A DNA stretch of 63,980 bases, counting the filler, from Vannella sp. (Eukaryota), in the NCBI GenBank assembly GCA_023345925.1. It is 5 parts of 5 records of this genome, joined end to end, with 100 filler letters (N's around TTAATTAATTAA, not from the genome) between each part and the next. Parts side by side here need not be neighbours in the genome. Positions count along the whole stretch, not along the records: positions 37,195 to 49,792 come from JAJQQN010000052.1; positions 49,893 to 61,071 come from JAJQQN010001244.1; 3 more parts are not named here. The stretch is one strand, 5' to 3'. Positions 45,704 through 57,500 of this stretch are shown piece after piece. The notes below the pieces were generated by a model. That model saw nothing but the letters and a program-made list of their open reading frames with translations, did not search any database and was not told the DNA's origin. Each line of letters opens with the position of its first letter. Within the stretch, counting starts at the first letter, position 1. The position numbers were made by a program, and so were the translations under genes.

Positions 45704-45732
45704 CCAATCAAAATGCTCGAGGTTCTGATTGG
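45704..45732. promoter_or_regulatory. Inverted pair of CCAAT boxes upstream of ITFG1
   Basis: CCAATCA-15 nt-TGATTGG about 100 nt upstream of the ATG. Confidence 0.45.
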
Positions 45733-45780
45733 TGGGTGCTGGTTCGAAGGGTTTATGATACAAGACTCTGAGGGGAGTGT

Positions 45781-46131
45781 TTAAATATGTTTGATGGTGG
45801 AGTTGGAGCGACCTAAGGCCTTCCTTCGTTGTGCAACGACGCGTGAAAGGTAGGTCCGATCAATGATGGGTCGGGATTGATACAAGCAGATTGCACCTGT
45901 GAAGAGACACCCAGAGAAGAGGAACATGACGTTGCCAACCTTACAAGCAGGGCAACAGAGAGTAACATGCGCCAAGAAACAAGCAGGACAGACCAGCAAG
46001 GCATGTATGAGGAAGCAAATGATAGTAATGTAGAATAGAACAAAGTTGACAATCACTGTGCGCTCTCTAAACAGCAGCGGAAGCTCCCTGTCCTCCCACA
46101 AGCGATCCCGCTCCTCCTCCCCTTCGGCCAT
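45781..46131 (-). CDS. Small Cys-rich membrane protein, hypothetical
   Basis: MAEGEEERDRLW..., two or three hydrophobic segments with many Cys; TCATTT just upstream of ATG. Confidence 0.6.
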   Translation of the reverse strand: MAEGEEERDRLWEDRELPLLFRERTVIVNFVLFYITIICFLIHALLVCPACFLAHVTLCCPACKVGNVMFLFSGCLFTGAICLYQSRPIIDRTYLSRVVAQRRKALGRSNSTIKHI

Positions 46132-46174
46132 GACAAATGACCCTTCCACGCTCAAACTGGTCCTTGTGAGTGGT

Positions 46175-47098
46175 TTATTGATGTTCGTAGAAGCCACGAC
46201 CAGACTTCTTGCCAAGGAAGCCAGCATCGACGTACTTGACCAAGAGGGGCGCTGGTCGGTACTTGGAGTCGCCTAGTTGGGTGTGGAGGACGTTCATGAT
46301 GGCAAGGCAAGTATCAAGGCCAATGAAGTCTGCCAGGGTGAGTGGGCCCATGGGCATGTTGCAGCCGAGCTTCATGGTAGTGTCGATGTCATCTCTCGTT
46401 CCGATGTTCTCCTGCAGGGCGAAGATAGCTTCGTTGATGTAAGGCATGAGAAGGCGGTTGGCGATGAATCCAGGCATGTCATTGGACTGTGCAGTGGTCT
46501 TCCCCATGTTCTTGGCAAGTTCCAGAGTCACCTGGAGAGTGTTGTCACTCGTGGCGAGACCAGGGATGATCTCTACCAACTTCATGACAGGCACAGGGTT
46601 CATGAAGTGCATACCAATCACCTTCTCAGCACGGTCGGTCGCAGCAGCGATCTTCGTGATGGAAATAGAGGAGGTGTTCGTCGCGAGGATGGCATCTGGT
46701 CTAGTGATCTTGGATAGGCGCTCAAAGAGTGTGTTCTTGAGTTGCAAGTTCTCAGAGACAGCTTCTATGACAAAGTCTGCCTCAGACAACGCCTCTAACT
46801 CGGTGGTAGTGCGGATCCGGGCGAGAGTGTCGTTCATCACCTCCGCAGTGATCTTCCCCTTCTCCACATTCTTAGCAAGGAGCTTCTGCATGAACCCCTT
46901 GCCCTTCTCAAGCTGCTGAGCGTTGTTATCGACCAAGATCACGTTGAGGTTGGCCACTTGCGAGGTAACCTGAGCGATACCTGCTCCCATTTGCCCTCCT
47001 CCAATGATACCCACGGTACGAATAGCCTCCACCGAGGTACAGTACGATCGGGCAGCTCCCAAACGAGCCGAGAGAGGAACTACAGAGCGAAGGAACAT
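46175..47098 (-). CDS. Mitochondrial 3-hydroxybutyryl/3-hydroxyacyl-CoA dehydrogenase, intronless
   Basis: Presequence MFLRSVVP; GIIGGGQMGAGIAQ, VIEAVSE, ATNTSSISIT, GMHFMNPVPVMKLVE, PGFIANRLL, PMGPLTLADFIGLD. Confidence 0.95.
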   Translation of the reverse strand: MFLRSVVPLSARLGAARSYCTSVEAIRTVGIIGGGQMGAGIAQVTSQVANLNVILVDNNAQQLEKGKGFMQKLLAKNVEKGKITAEVMNDTLARIRTTTELEALSEADFVIEAVSENLQLKNTLFERLSKITRPDAILATNTSSISITKIAAATDRAEKVIGMHFMNPVPVMKLVEIIPGLATSDNTLQVTLELAKNMGKTTAQSNDMPGFIANRLLMPYINEAIFALQENIGTRDDIDTTMKLGCNMPMGPLTLADFIGLDTCLAIMNVLHTQLGDSKYRPAPLLVKYVDAGFLGKKSGRGFYEHQ

Positions 47099-47194
47099 GA
47101 CTGAGAGAGAGTAGCCAACAACAAGTGTTCCAGAAGAGTCCATGCAATTCAACTCCCCAAAATCTATCATTTTATCACCTTCCTCCTTCTCATC

Positions 47195-47581
47195 ATGGCC
47201 GAGTTCGAGACCCAACAAAAGAACTTGTCCCAAAAGGAGTCTCGCGACCGGTGTTGGGAGGGTAGAGACTCATACTTTGCATGTTTAGAAGCACACCAAG
47301 AGGATGCTAAAGCCTGTGAGTGCTATTTCTGCGTCTAGCCGCGTGATCTGATCGGAGTTGGGGGCGGCAAAGGCGTGAAGGAGCGGGCCAACTTTGAGCA
47401 AGTATGCTCCTCCGTGTGGGTACGTGGACTTCCCTCTTCTTCCATGCGCACATCCCATCGCCACCTGACACTCTTTGATCGATAGGTCAAACACTTTATC
47501 AACCGGAGAGAGCAAGAGGTGAAGAAACAGCGGTTCCAGAAGCGAGCGGAAGAGATGAGAGAGCGTACCAAAGAGAAATAA
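47195..47581 (+). CDS. COA6: Cytochrome c oxidase assembly factor 6 (COX6B family), 2 introns
   Basis: SRDRCWEGRDSYFACL...C..ERANFEQVCSSVWVKHF. Confidence 0.85.
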
Positions 47582-47616
47582 AGAGCTGTGAATGAGTGCT
47601 GAGGTCTCCCTCATAT

Positions 47617-48063
47617 CTACCTCAGGTAGTTGCCAACTTTGATCCTGATGAAGACAATGCAGATGTTGTAGGACACCAAAATGAAGGTAGCACCCACTAG
47701 GACCATGAGTGTGCCATAGTCATACTTCTTAGACGCCGCGAGGTGGACAAGGATGAACCCAGCTGAACCAAGGCAGAAGAGGAAGCCTGCTGTCAGGCCC
47801 TCGATGATGTACTGTCCGTTGATGCGAGGCATGATTGCTTGTGGCTTGACAACGCCAGTGACAGGATCCCTGTAGCCACCCATTGGCGGGGTGTCGGTGA
47901 TGACATCGTAGATAACTCCCGACATGAAGATAAAGTAGGTCAGGAACACAGCCGCAAACACGACCATCGGACTAGGACGCAGCACAGACCGAGGAATGCT
48001 AAGCTTCAAGTTGGGAACATGGAAGAGACGGAAGGGAAGAAGAAGGAGCGTGTCAATGTCCAT
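47617..48063 (-). CDS. OSTC: Oligosaccharyltransferase subunit DC2
   Basis: MDIDTLLLLPF...PNLKL, SGVIYDVI..TPP, RINGQYIIEGLTAGFLF. Confidence 0.93.
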   Translation of the reverse strand: MDIDTLLLLPFRLFHVPNLKLSIPRSVLRPSPMVVFAAVFLTYFIFMSGVIYDVITDTPPMGGYRDPVTGVVKPQAIMPRINGQYIIEGLTAGFLFCLGSAGFILVHLAASKKYDYGTLMVLVGATFILVSYNICIVFIRIKVGNYLR

Positions 48064-48121
48064 CCCGCGCCCAAAGAAGTGACCAAAACAGAAACACACT
48101 TTTAAACACTTGAACAGGGAT

Positions 48122-49666
48122 TTACAAATCCGCTTCTTTGATGAAGACGGGAGCCTTTGCTCCGGTGTTGGCTGAACGGGTTCGGATGAGCTCGAGCATG
48201 GCCTCTGAGGCTTGGGGAGTAGCGCAGACGTAGTCAGGGGAACTTCCGTCGCGGTAGTTGATGACGAAGGTTGCATCAGAGACGATCTTGACGGAGCTGA
48301 TTGAGGAATAGGGGTGGGAGGCGCGAACGTCCTGGAGCGAGGGGTGGATGCGAAGGATCCCCTCCTTGCTGAAGCGGAATCTCCGCTTGAGGTTTCTCCA
48401 GTACCAGTTAGTGTGGACGATGTCAAAGTCAATGTCATCGGGGTTCTTCTGTTCAGGCTCTGCCTTCTCTGAACGGAAAGGATAGGTAACAATGCTCACT
48501 GGCAACCAAAGAAGAGATCCCACACCAGAGATCACGTATTCGGCAGCGTCCAGGCAGTGATCCAACACTCCTTGTCCGACAAATACGCCTGTTCCTTCAA
48601 TCAAGGAGGCGCGTTGCTCTTCTGTCAAGAACTCAGCCACGTATTCACCTCGTTGGAGTTGAGACAATTGGTCAGGATTGGCCACGAGAGCTTGAACTTC
48701 GGAGATGGTGCCGATGGGCATGTTACCAGCACAGATAAGAGGGTACTTGATGGTCTCGGAGTTCTTGCAGATGCTCTTAAGGAACGAAGCGAGCTCCATG
48801 TCTTGAGAGACATCAATGATAACGACTTCACCGTCCAGGAAGCCATTTTGTGTGAACAGTTGCTTGATTTCCTGTGCGAGTGCACTCTGGTCCTCCTTCG
48901 GATCTGCCTGTTGCTTTCGGATGTAGATGGAGAGCTTGGGAGGAGCCTGATTCTCTTTTTCTTCATTCTCCCTTTGCAGCTCCTCAGCAAGTCGGCGGCG
49001 TTCCTCCTCAACCTTGATCTGTTCAGCTTCGATGGCCTGTCGCTGGGCCTCCACTTCCGCTCTTTCCTTTTCAAGTTGAGCAGACTTCTCCTCAGATTGG
49101 CGCTTCAGCTCCTCTTCGGACAAACGAAGCTTCTCCTCCATCATCTTGCGAGTCTCCTCGATTTCAGCTCGCTCTTGGAGAAGGCGGGTTCTTTCAGCCT
49201 GAAGTTTTGCTTGCTCAAGAGCTTGGCGCTCAGTTTCGATCTTCCGGGCTTCGTACGCCTCCTCCTCTCTCTTCCTTGCAAGTTCAGCGGCTTGCAGTTC
49301 GTTTTGGATTCTCTCTTCCTCCCGCTTTTGAGCCAGGGCCAGGGCCTTCTCCTCAGCATCTCGCCGTCTGAGAGCATCCAACCTCTGTGCTTCCTCAAGT
49401 TCCAGTTGTTTGGCTCTGTCTTGCTTCTCCTTGTTGGCTTTACATTCTCGAAGGATTCTCTCTTGATCTGAGTCGAACTTTCGGAAGTGCTGAGAGGCAC
49501 TGAGCTTGTCCTGAATCACAGAGCGAGCGAAGAGATCATCACCAGCGGTCATGTTGAGCAGCTCGTCGATGGCCTTGTCCAAGTCACCTTGGTTTTGCAG
49601 GATATCAGCGATTGTGCCCCTGCTGATGTCTCCAAACATGCTGCATAGGTAGTCGATGGGATCCAT
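48122..49666 (-). CDS. CUE domain, coiled coil, glutaredoxin/SH3BGR-like and PH-like domain protein, intronless
   Basis: LCSMFGDI...GDLDKAIDELL (CUE); E/R/K coiled coil; IDVSQD...YPLICAGNMPIG; TNWYWRNLKRRFRFS. Confidence 0.7.
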   Translation of the reverse strand: MDPIDYLCSMFGDISRGTIADILQNQGDLDKAIDELLNMTAGDDLFARSVIQDKLSASQHFRKFDSDQERILRECKANKEKQDRAKQLELEEAQRLDALRRRDAEEKALALAQKREEERIQNELQAAELARKREEEAYEARKIETERQALEQAKLQAERTRLLQERAEIEETRKMMEEKLRLSEEELKRQSEEKSAQLEKERAEVEAQRQAIEAEQIKVEEERRRLAEELQRENEEKENQAPPKLSIYIRKQQADPKEDQSALAQEIKQLFTQNGFLDGEVVIIDVSQDMELASFLKSICKNSETIKYPLICAGNMPIGTISEVQALVANPDQLSQLQRGEYVAEFLTEEQRASLIEGTGVFVGQGVLDHCLDAAEYVISGVGSLLWLPVSIVTYPFRSEKAEPEQKNPDDIDFDIVHTNWYWRNLKRRFRFSKEGILRIHPSLQDVRASHPYSSISSVKIVSDATFVINYRDGSSPDYVCATPQASEAMLELIRTRSANTGAKAPVFIKEADL

Positions 49667-49792
49667 GTAAGGTTTGCGAGGTGCAAATGAGAATGAGGAA
49701 CAAGGAGAAGGGTTATCACAATTACACTTCCCCGGTCTGATTGGTCCGATTCCCCGATCCTTCCCTTTGAGACGAAAGTGAACACGATTTTT

Positions 49793-49892
49793 NNNNNNNN
49801 NNNNNNNNNNNNNNNNNNNNNNNNNNNNNNNNNNNNTTAATTAATTAANNNNNNNNNNNNNNNNNNNNNNNNNNNNNNNNNNNNNNNNNNNN
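49793..49892. other. Artificial contig linker
   Basis: N-run/TTAATTAATTAA/N-run, 100 nt. Confidence 0.98.
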
Positions 49893-51404
49893 CGTAACTC
49901 CAAGACAACCAGGGCTTACTTGATATAGAAGTCAATGATACTGTCATTGAGGAACTCGTCCGGATCAAGAAGTTCCAAATCGCTGGCCAGAATGGACACT
50001 GCGTCCCTTCTTGGGGGCGGGGGCCAAACGAGAATCACTCCATTATTAGCTCTATAGCGAGATATCCGGTAAGTCATCATATTGAGCATTTCTTGCGCAC
50101 ACATACAGGAAGCTCCGCTTCGTTCCTCGAGCCATGGAGCGCGTAACTCGTTTCTTCTGCTGGTTGGGGTCCGTTGCGTCCAGATAAAGATCCGCAATGC
50201 TACCCTCAGTCAATTTACCTCTTCTATGCTGTCAAAGAACACACCTCTTGAGATCTTCATAGCCAGAATCTCCTTGTAACAAATGAATCACATCAAGGCT
50301 TGGTTTCAGCTCCTCAATCTTCTGCATCTGAGAAGAGAATGTGGTCTGGAAGATCATAGAGAAGTAGCGCTGGCTGGGAGGAAGCTCCTCTTCTGATGGA
50401 GAGGAGAGATTCTGGACTTTGTCATCTCCCTCTTCTAGTTTCTCGGGGATGGAGCTAGAAGAGAACGGTTGTCCATTCTTCGGCTTAGCTGCGAAGATAA
50501 GGAAACCAGATGCGTTCCCAAACTGAACGGCAGATCAGTAAAGAGACCTCTCCTCTCGCGGGGAAGCGCTTACGATCCAGTCTGCGTCTGAGTAGTTGAT
50601 TGATTGTTCAACGCCTTGAAGGGTGTACTTCAGTATGCTTGCAAGGAGATATACAGTCTGGGGGCCTGACTCGGCCCGAAAGACCTTCCCTTCCGTGCAC
50701 AGAGCAAGCGGATGGATGATTATTTTCTCCTTGTATGCCGGCTGTAGCTCGCTTGAGGGTGCACTATTGATCTGGAGGAGAGAGTCTTCGACCTCTTCGT
50801 CGCTATCACTCAGCAGGATCACCTCAGGTGGTCCTTTAGGTTGCGCGGGCGCCTTTTTCTTTCGTGGGGGCAGAGTGGTCAAGCTGGCCCTCCGTTTTGT
50901 TGAAGAGGACCGCTTCTGAGGCATACTTAAGAAGTCTTCGTCATCCTTTGCCTCGTCCTGAGCCTCCGATTCGCCCCTCGGACCTCCGTTTCGGTCCTCC
51001 AGGATAACTGCTGGGGTTAAGGGCAAGTGCAGATCAGGGACTGGTTTGGGACTAGTGGAGGGAGGGAAGCGGAACCGTAGCTTGGTAAGAGGACTCGTAG
51101 GTCGATCCGACAGTATTGGGATAGGTTTGAGTTTCCTTGAAAGCATGGAGGGACGCTCTTTTGGAGGTGCTACGCTGCACTTGGACCTTGGGTTTGAGAA
51201 GGAGAACTGGCCAGTGAGTTGCGACCTGGATGGGCGTTGGTACGTCTTCATCTGCTCCTGTTGAAAGGCACCTGCCAAAGTGTCTGAAGGAGTGATCCCC
51301 AAAGCTTGTTTAAGCTCCTCTCGCGCTGGCCTACCCCGAATAGGACTACCTCCATCAATCAATCAACTACCCATGTACGTAAAGGTGAACTCCCACCTGA
51401 CCAT
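49893..51404 (-). CDS. Ulp2/SENP6-7-like SUMO protease, N-terminal part; 3' end truncated
   Basis: LVWPP...DAVSILASDLELLDPDEFLNDSIIDFYIK (start of peptidase C48); SIM-like EVILLSDSDEE. Confidence 0.85.
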
Positions 51405-51576
51405 GGCTGCCAGAAGGCAGCGGGGAAATGGACGTCTAAAAAAGGCAAACTTCCAAGTAGAATTCGTGTGGCCAATGGGAGCGAGGGACTGCAGAATTCA
51501 CAGCTCATCGCGTGAACCTCCCTTGGAAGAACTTTCTTCTATTTTCTGGTCCCACGGTGGTCCTCCACACGGCACC

Positions 51577-53215
51577 ATGAACCGCGCTCCACGTTTGTTC
51601 CATTTTAGCCAAAGAAGGTTTCAAAGTCTGGTGAGATGATCCCTGAAGGCGCTTCCTTGTTGCTTGGAACTAACACGGAAAAAGAGAGGAAGTGGGACAC
51701 CACCAAGAGCATGCCCTGCGTCAAAGCTCTCCTCGAAAGAGCTGATCACCATGGAGAAGACTTTCGCTGCACACAAGTCAGTTTCCTTCCCTCTCGTTTG
51801 CGTTGATGCCTATTCTCAGTCTTTCAGTGCAGTTACAAGCCTTTGGAGGTGGTATTTGAACGTGCTGAGGGAATCCACGCTTGGGATCCAGAGGGAAAGC
51901 GGTACTTGGACTTCCTGTCCGCTTATTCTGCTGTGAACCAAGGACATTGTCATCCCAAGATCATCCAAGCTCTCGTAGAGCAGAGCAAACGCTGTACTCT
52001 CTCTTCCCGCGCGTTCTACAATGACATGTTCCCCCGTTTTAGTGAGTAAGTTGATGGGACTCTTTCCTATGAAGTGCAGCTCACCCTTCGAAGGTACATT
52101 CACGAGTACTTTGGCTATGACATGGTCCTTCCGATGAACACTGGTGCGGAAGGTGTCGAAACATCGCTTAAACTCGCCCGGAAGTGGGCGTACATCCACA
52201 AAGGGGTGCCTCACGACGAGGCAATCATCGTGTCTGCTTCTGATTGCTTCCATGGCCGAACCTTGGCGATTGTGTCCTTGTCGGACGACCCAGAAGCTCG
52301 GTCAGGGTTTGGTCCTTTCCTCCCTAACGTCTCCAGAGTCACTTACAACGACATTCCTTCGTTGGAGCAGCTCTTTGAGGAGAAAGGACCTCAGATTGCA
52401 GCCTTCCTGGTTGAACCTATCCAAGGAGAAGCAGGAGTGGTCGTCCCCGACCCCGGCTATCTGAGAAAGTGCAAAGATCTGTGTGAGAAGCACAACGTCC
52501 TTCTCATTGCAGACGAAGTTCAATCCGTAGGAGGCCTTCTTTGCTCTTTGCAGTCCGAATCTCACACAAACAAGGGACTGGGCAGGACTGGCAAGCTTCT
52601 CGCTTGTGAGTGGGACGAAGTTCGCCCAGACATGGTCATCCTCGGGAAAGCTCTCTCTGGTGGTGTTTATCCAATGAGCTGCGTGCTTACAAACAAGGAG
52701 GTGATGTTGTGCATACAGCCAGGTACGTTGCACCTCCAGAGACTGCTGTCCAGGCTCTGACCCTCTTCAGGACAACATGGAAGTACATACGGAGGGAATC
52801 CTGTTGCATGTGCTGTGAGCATTGCCGCCCTGGAAGTCCTCAAGAACGAAAACATGTCGCAAAACGTGAGGAGAACTCCTTTCCTCTCTGCGTGCCGGAA
52901 CTGACCTTGGGACAGTCACTAGAGCGAGGAGAAGAGTTCCGTCAGTTCTCAGAACGCTTGAGGGAGAGATACCCCTTCCTTGAGATCGTCAGAGGCCGTG
53001 GTTTGTTCAACGCATTCGTCATGAAAGACGAAGACGACTTGGCCTACCAGCTGTGTTACAAGCTGAAGGAGCGCGGACTCCTCGCCAAACCCACACGCGG
53101 CAACATCATCCGCTTCGCTCCACCTCTAATCATCACAAAAGAACAGCTCGCAGAGGGCATGGACATCATCGAGGACGCCATGGCCAGCCTCGCCCAACCA
53201 ACAACAAGTCACTAA
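51577..53215 (+). CDS. OAT: Mitochondrial ornithine aminotransferase, 6 introns
   Basis: [80 protein letters not shown]. Confidence 0.97.
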
Positions 53216-53391
53216 ACTTACCATTAACACCAGCGTCCTTCTCTTTATTTATTTCGGGGATTTAACTAATTCTGAGTAATAAATGGAATTGACCGGATTT
53301 CGTCACTTTCGCTTGGCCCGGTCTCCCCGCCGTATCACCGAGTTCGAGTGTCTGCTTCCTTTCTTTCCAGCTTTCTTGACTCTCGTATCGT

Positions 53392-54077
53392 ATGGTAAAC
53401 CTTTCAATCTTCAAGCAGACCAAGCCAAAGGGGGACATCGTTGCCTTGGGTGAGTTTGTTGTTGTGGCCGTTTAAGCTTTACTAAAGTGAGGGCTGTGGG
53501 ATGTAGCCTACCTCCTTATCATCGCATGTCTCATTCAAATGGTAAGAGACTACTTTCATGGGTGCTGGAGTGCTCTTGGTGGCACTTGAAACGGCCAACG
53601 TCCAATGCTCATCGCTCTACAGGCCATCGGTATTGTCCTCATTTGCTTCGCTGGAGCACTCCCCAATGACTACCGTGTCATCTACCAGATCTTACAGTGG
53701 ATCTTCGCGCTCTTGGCGCTATTATTCCCACCCTTTGGCATTGTGGGCGCATGGAAGTGTCTGCTGGGCTGCCTCATCATCGTATGTACTTCCTTTCTAG
53801 CGCAGAATGTAGTAGTGACCTTTGGATATAGTTTGACGTCTATCTGCTCTTCCAACTGGCTTGGAACATCATCTACATCATCGGTCTGGCCATTCGCGCC
53901 CCAATCGAGAAGAAGATCGTCGAGATTATCTTCGCTGGTATTGAGATCATCATGGCCGTACGTCCCTTCCTTGTCTTACGAGCCTTAGGAGACTAACGGA
54001 CTGCGCAGTTCATCCTTCTCGCTTTGACTAACCTGATGGCCAGTCTCTTGGCCAACTACTACCGCCAGCAAGAGTAA
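53392..54077 (+). CDS. Small four-transmembrane protein, family not assigned, 4 introns
   Basis: Five exons spliced in frame give four hydrophobic helices (e.g. LLFPPFGIVGAWK). Confidence 0.65.
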
Positions 54078-54543
54078 CGTGTTTCACCTTTCTTTGTATC
54101 TTGGTTGGCCCCGTGGAGCCAAAAGGACCATCTTGTAGAACAAACTGCCCTCTCCTCCTCCTCGCTGCTCCGTTTATGGTTCGATCTACGTTGGTTGGGA
54201 GGGAGAGGGAGAATAGCTTTATGTGGCTTGACAAAGAGGACAGATACCTCTTTGAACTACTTGCAGGACGAAGGAGATCGCCACGGAGACCATGAAGAAC
54301 ACCACAAAGGCACTGAAGCTCCCAACCACAACCTTCAAGTTCCTTTCCCCGCATCAACGCCTCCTCCATACAAAGCCCTCAGATGCGAACCTACTTTCGG
54401 TGCGGTGGATATTCCGGGTCAGGCGAAACGTCCATCTCCTCCATCAATGAAGGCCAAGATCGAATAATGAGTAAAGGGCCGATCGTTACTCGAGAATGAT
54501 TTATTTCCAAAACAAATAATCCCGAGCACATCCAAGAGATTGG

Positions 54544-57500
54544 CTATTTCCAAGACACCCAACTGCTCGTAGCTGGTTTTGGTTTCTCAAGAGACGTTGT
54601 TTCTCGTGAGGCAGTCAAATAGCGCCATTCCCGAAGGACACCCTTGGCGGCTGTGCAGATGGAGAGGAACAACTCGGTTTCGATACTGGCGCAGATGACG
54701 ATGCCGGCTGTGATTTTGTTGAGTTGGAAGAAGATGTGGTTGCCACTGTTGGGCTCTTTGAGAGCCCATGCTCCCAAAGTGAATTGAGCAAAGCAACTGG
54801 GAGAAGGCACAGTTTCCATTGCCTTCTCAAACAGAGCAACTGCAAGTTGATGGATTAGTTGGGGAGGTGCAAAGTGAAGGGAGAAACGGAAGAAGGAGCT
54901 GCAATTGTCCCGTTTGGCCCGAAGGAGGGAATCATTGAGTTGGCTGTTGGAGAACGCCATGGCACTTGAGAAGAATGCTTGGTTATCGCTGAAGCAAACG
55001 ATTCGCCCTTCTTTGAGAAGTTTAAGAGTACTTTGAAGATCTGTGGCGGGAGAAACCGTGGAAAGATGTTTGATGAGCAGTGGCAGGTCCATCATACCCC
55101 GTTCATTCCACTCTGCCTTCAAACACTTGGAGGGTAAAAAGGAGACCAGTCGGTTGAACCATAAGATATCCAAAACCAAGCAGCTTCCAACACAAACAGC
55201 TAATCCAGTCTGGTGGAGGTAACGGATCATTTGGTTGATATTCGAAGTCCCGTCTATCCCACAACGGCGGGCAGAAGCAACAAACTCATCGCGAGATACA
55301 AAACGAGATTTTGCAAACCCTTCTCGTGCCTTGAACTCGGCCACTAAGTTTTCTGTCTCCACAGAGAAGGAGAAAATCTGCTCCACCAAGCCAGGCTTCT
55401 GGGAAATAGCCGAAGAGATGGTTGAAAGGAAAATGGGAAGTCGGGATGCTAGTTCCTCGCGTGAGAGAACCAGCAGCTTCAGAATGGGAAATTGAGCGGG
55501 CGGGAATACATCGTAGAACGTCTCTTCGATCTCGTTTTTGGTAAGATACGTCTCACTTCGAAGGGCAATCACGATGAGATGAGAGATCTCCGGGTGGTTA
55601 CGAGCTGTTTCCATCCAGTATCGAATGCTGGGACTCTGGGGAGATTGGGAGGATCTCCAAACGCACACAAAAATGGGACAGGTATGGCGAAGGTACCATT
55701 CATAAAATGGACATTCACCACTCTCTGGCCAATGATGAGAACGCAGGATCATTTGAAAGAGAACAACTTACCTTGTCCAGCGAAGATCCGAAGGCGCACT
55801 CGATATGGTGTTTCATCAACCTCCCTCTCAATGACAGGAAGTATTGAGACAGTGGTAGGGAGACCAATGGGAGGTTCAGCGGTCTCGTTTAGGGATTCGG
55901 GAAAGAACGCCCTCACAATATCGCGCTTGCCAGCAGAGGAAGGACCCACAAAGAAAACGGAGATTATAGGGATGACTTGGGTGCTTCCCTCTGAGCCCAG
56001 AATGTTCTTGTTGGGATACTCACCACTGATATCAGATTCCAAGTAATCGAACACCAATTGAGGAGTGGGATAGATCCCGTTTGTCTTGTACTTGGCAGAA
56101 AGTGGGTTATCGTTCAACAGGAAGGTTCCATACTTGAGGCCTTGCATTTTCTTGAGGCTCTTTGGAAAGTCTGTGATCATATTGTTGCTTATATCGAGAT
56201 ATCTGAGGTCCTCAAGATAGCTGATGGTATCAGGAAGATGGCGAAGTTCATTGCCACTCAGCAATAAGTTTTGTAGCTTGGTAAGGAGGAGTAGGTGGCT
56301 GGGCACTTCTTCAAGGTGGTTATTGTTGAGATTCAGCGAAACCAAGTTCTCTAGATTCTTCAGAGGAGGCAAAGCTACGCTCTGTGTAAAGCAAGACGAC
56401 ATACTGAGTGACTTTAAGGCCACCAAACGGAAAACGGAGGTTTGAAGCGACGGAATTTGCGTATCTAGAGGAATTTGAGAGATATCTAAGGCAACCAGGC
56501 TCTCTAAAAAGGCAAGAGAAGGAGGAAAGCTGGTGAGGGGATTGGCACTGATATCTAATGAGGTAAGACTGGCAAGGTCGCCAAGACATTCAGGAGGTTT
56601 ACGGAATTGGTTAGAGCGAAGGCTCAGATGCCTCAGTTTTGGTGCTTGAAGAGAGAATTCTTCCATTTCGTTATTCGAAAGGCCAATTTCCAATAAATGT
56701 GTCATCGGCTCGTTCACTGTAAAGCTCCTTATTTGATTGTGTCGCAAGGAGAGACTTTGAAGGGATTTCGGAATCCTCCAAGAAGGGGGAACGTACGAGA
56801 TACAGTTATGGTCTAGTAGAAGCTTATTGAGCTTTGTGGCATTTGGGAGATTATCGAGAGGAATCTTGTTGATCTGATTGTTACATAGTACGAGAGTCAG
56901 GAGGTGCGGAAGGGTGAAAAGCTCCGTGGGAATCTCGGTAAGGTAGTTTTGGGAGAGGTCAATGGAGTAAAGGTATTCCATGAGTGGTAGCCAGTCTCTG
57001 TGAATGTAGCAAAGGCGGTAGGATTGTAAGTTAGCATCCTCTTGTTTGGCATTGAAGAGCTGTTCGAGGTGGGGAATGGGTTGGTGGTGGAAGTCTATGA
57101 ACCCAAGCTTTCGCTGCAGAATCCACGAGTTCCAATGAGTACTGAAAAGTCCACCCCAGCGTTGTAGGAGCGTGGTACTCTCCACTGGACAATACGAAGG
57201 ATTATCAAAAAGAGAGGTATTCCGCAACACATAGTCCCACAGAGAGTGAGGATTAGCATCTAACTTGCGCTCTTTCTCACATGAACTTCCAAAAGTATCG
57301 TAAATCCCACAGCTGAGTGCATCGAAGAGAAAGATGATTAGTTCCTTTGAAAACTGGAAAGCTGCCTTGAACTGAGAGATGAAAGTCCATACGCAGTCCA
57401 AAAAGAGAATGAATCCACCGCATTTCTCGAACAGAGTCCTTTCCAGGCGAGAGGAGTCGCCTTTCACAATAAATGGGAAGCCGAAGTGGACGAACTCCTT

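Noticed and set aside
47617..48492. 291-aa OSTC ORF overlapping the CUE gene
   Set aside because: The real start is ATG 48063; the upstream part is an alternative frame of the neighbour
48557..49471. 304-aa Leu/Phe-rich plus-strand ORF
   Set aside because: Antisense of the E/K/R-rich coiled coil
54105..54467. 120-aa ORF with a TTG start
   Set aside because: May be an exon of a small gene, but no consistent start or splice was found
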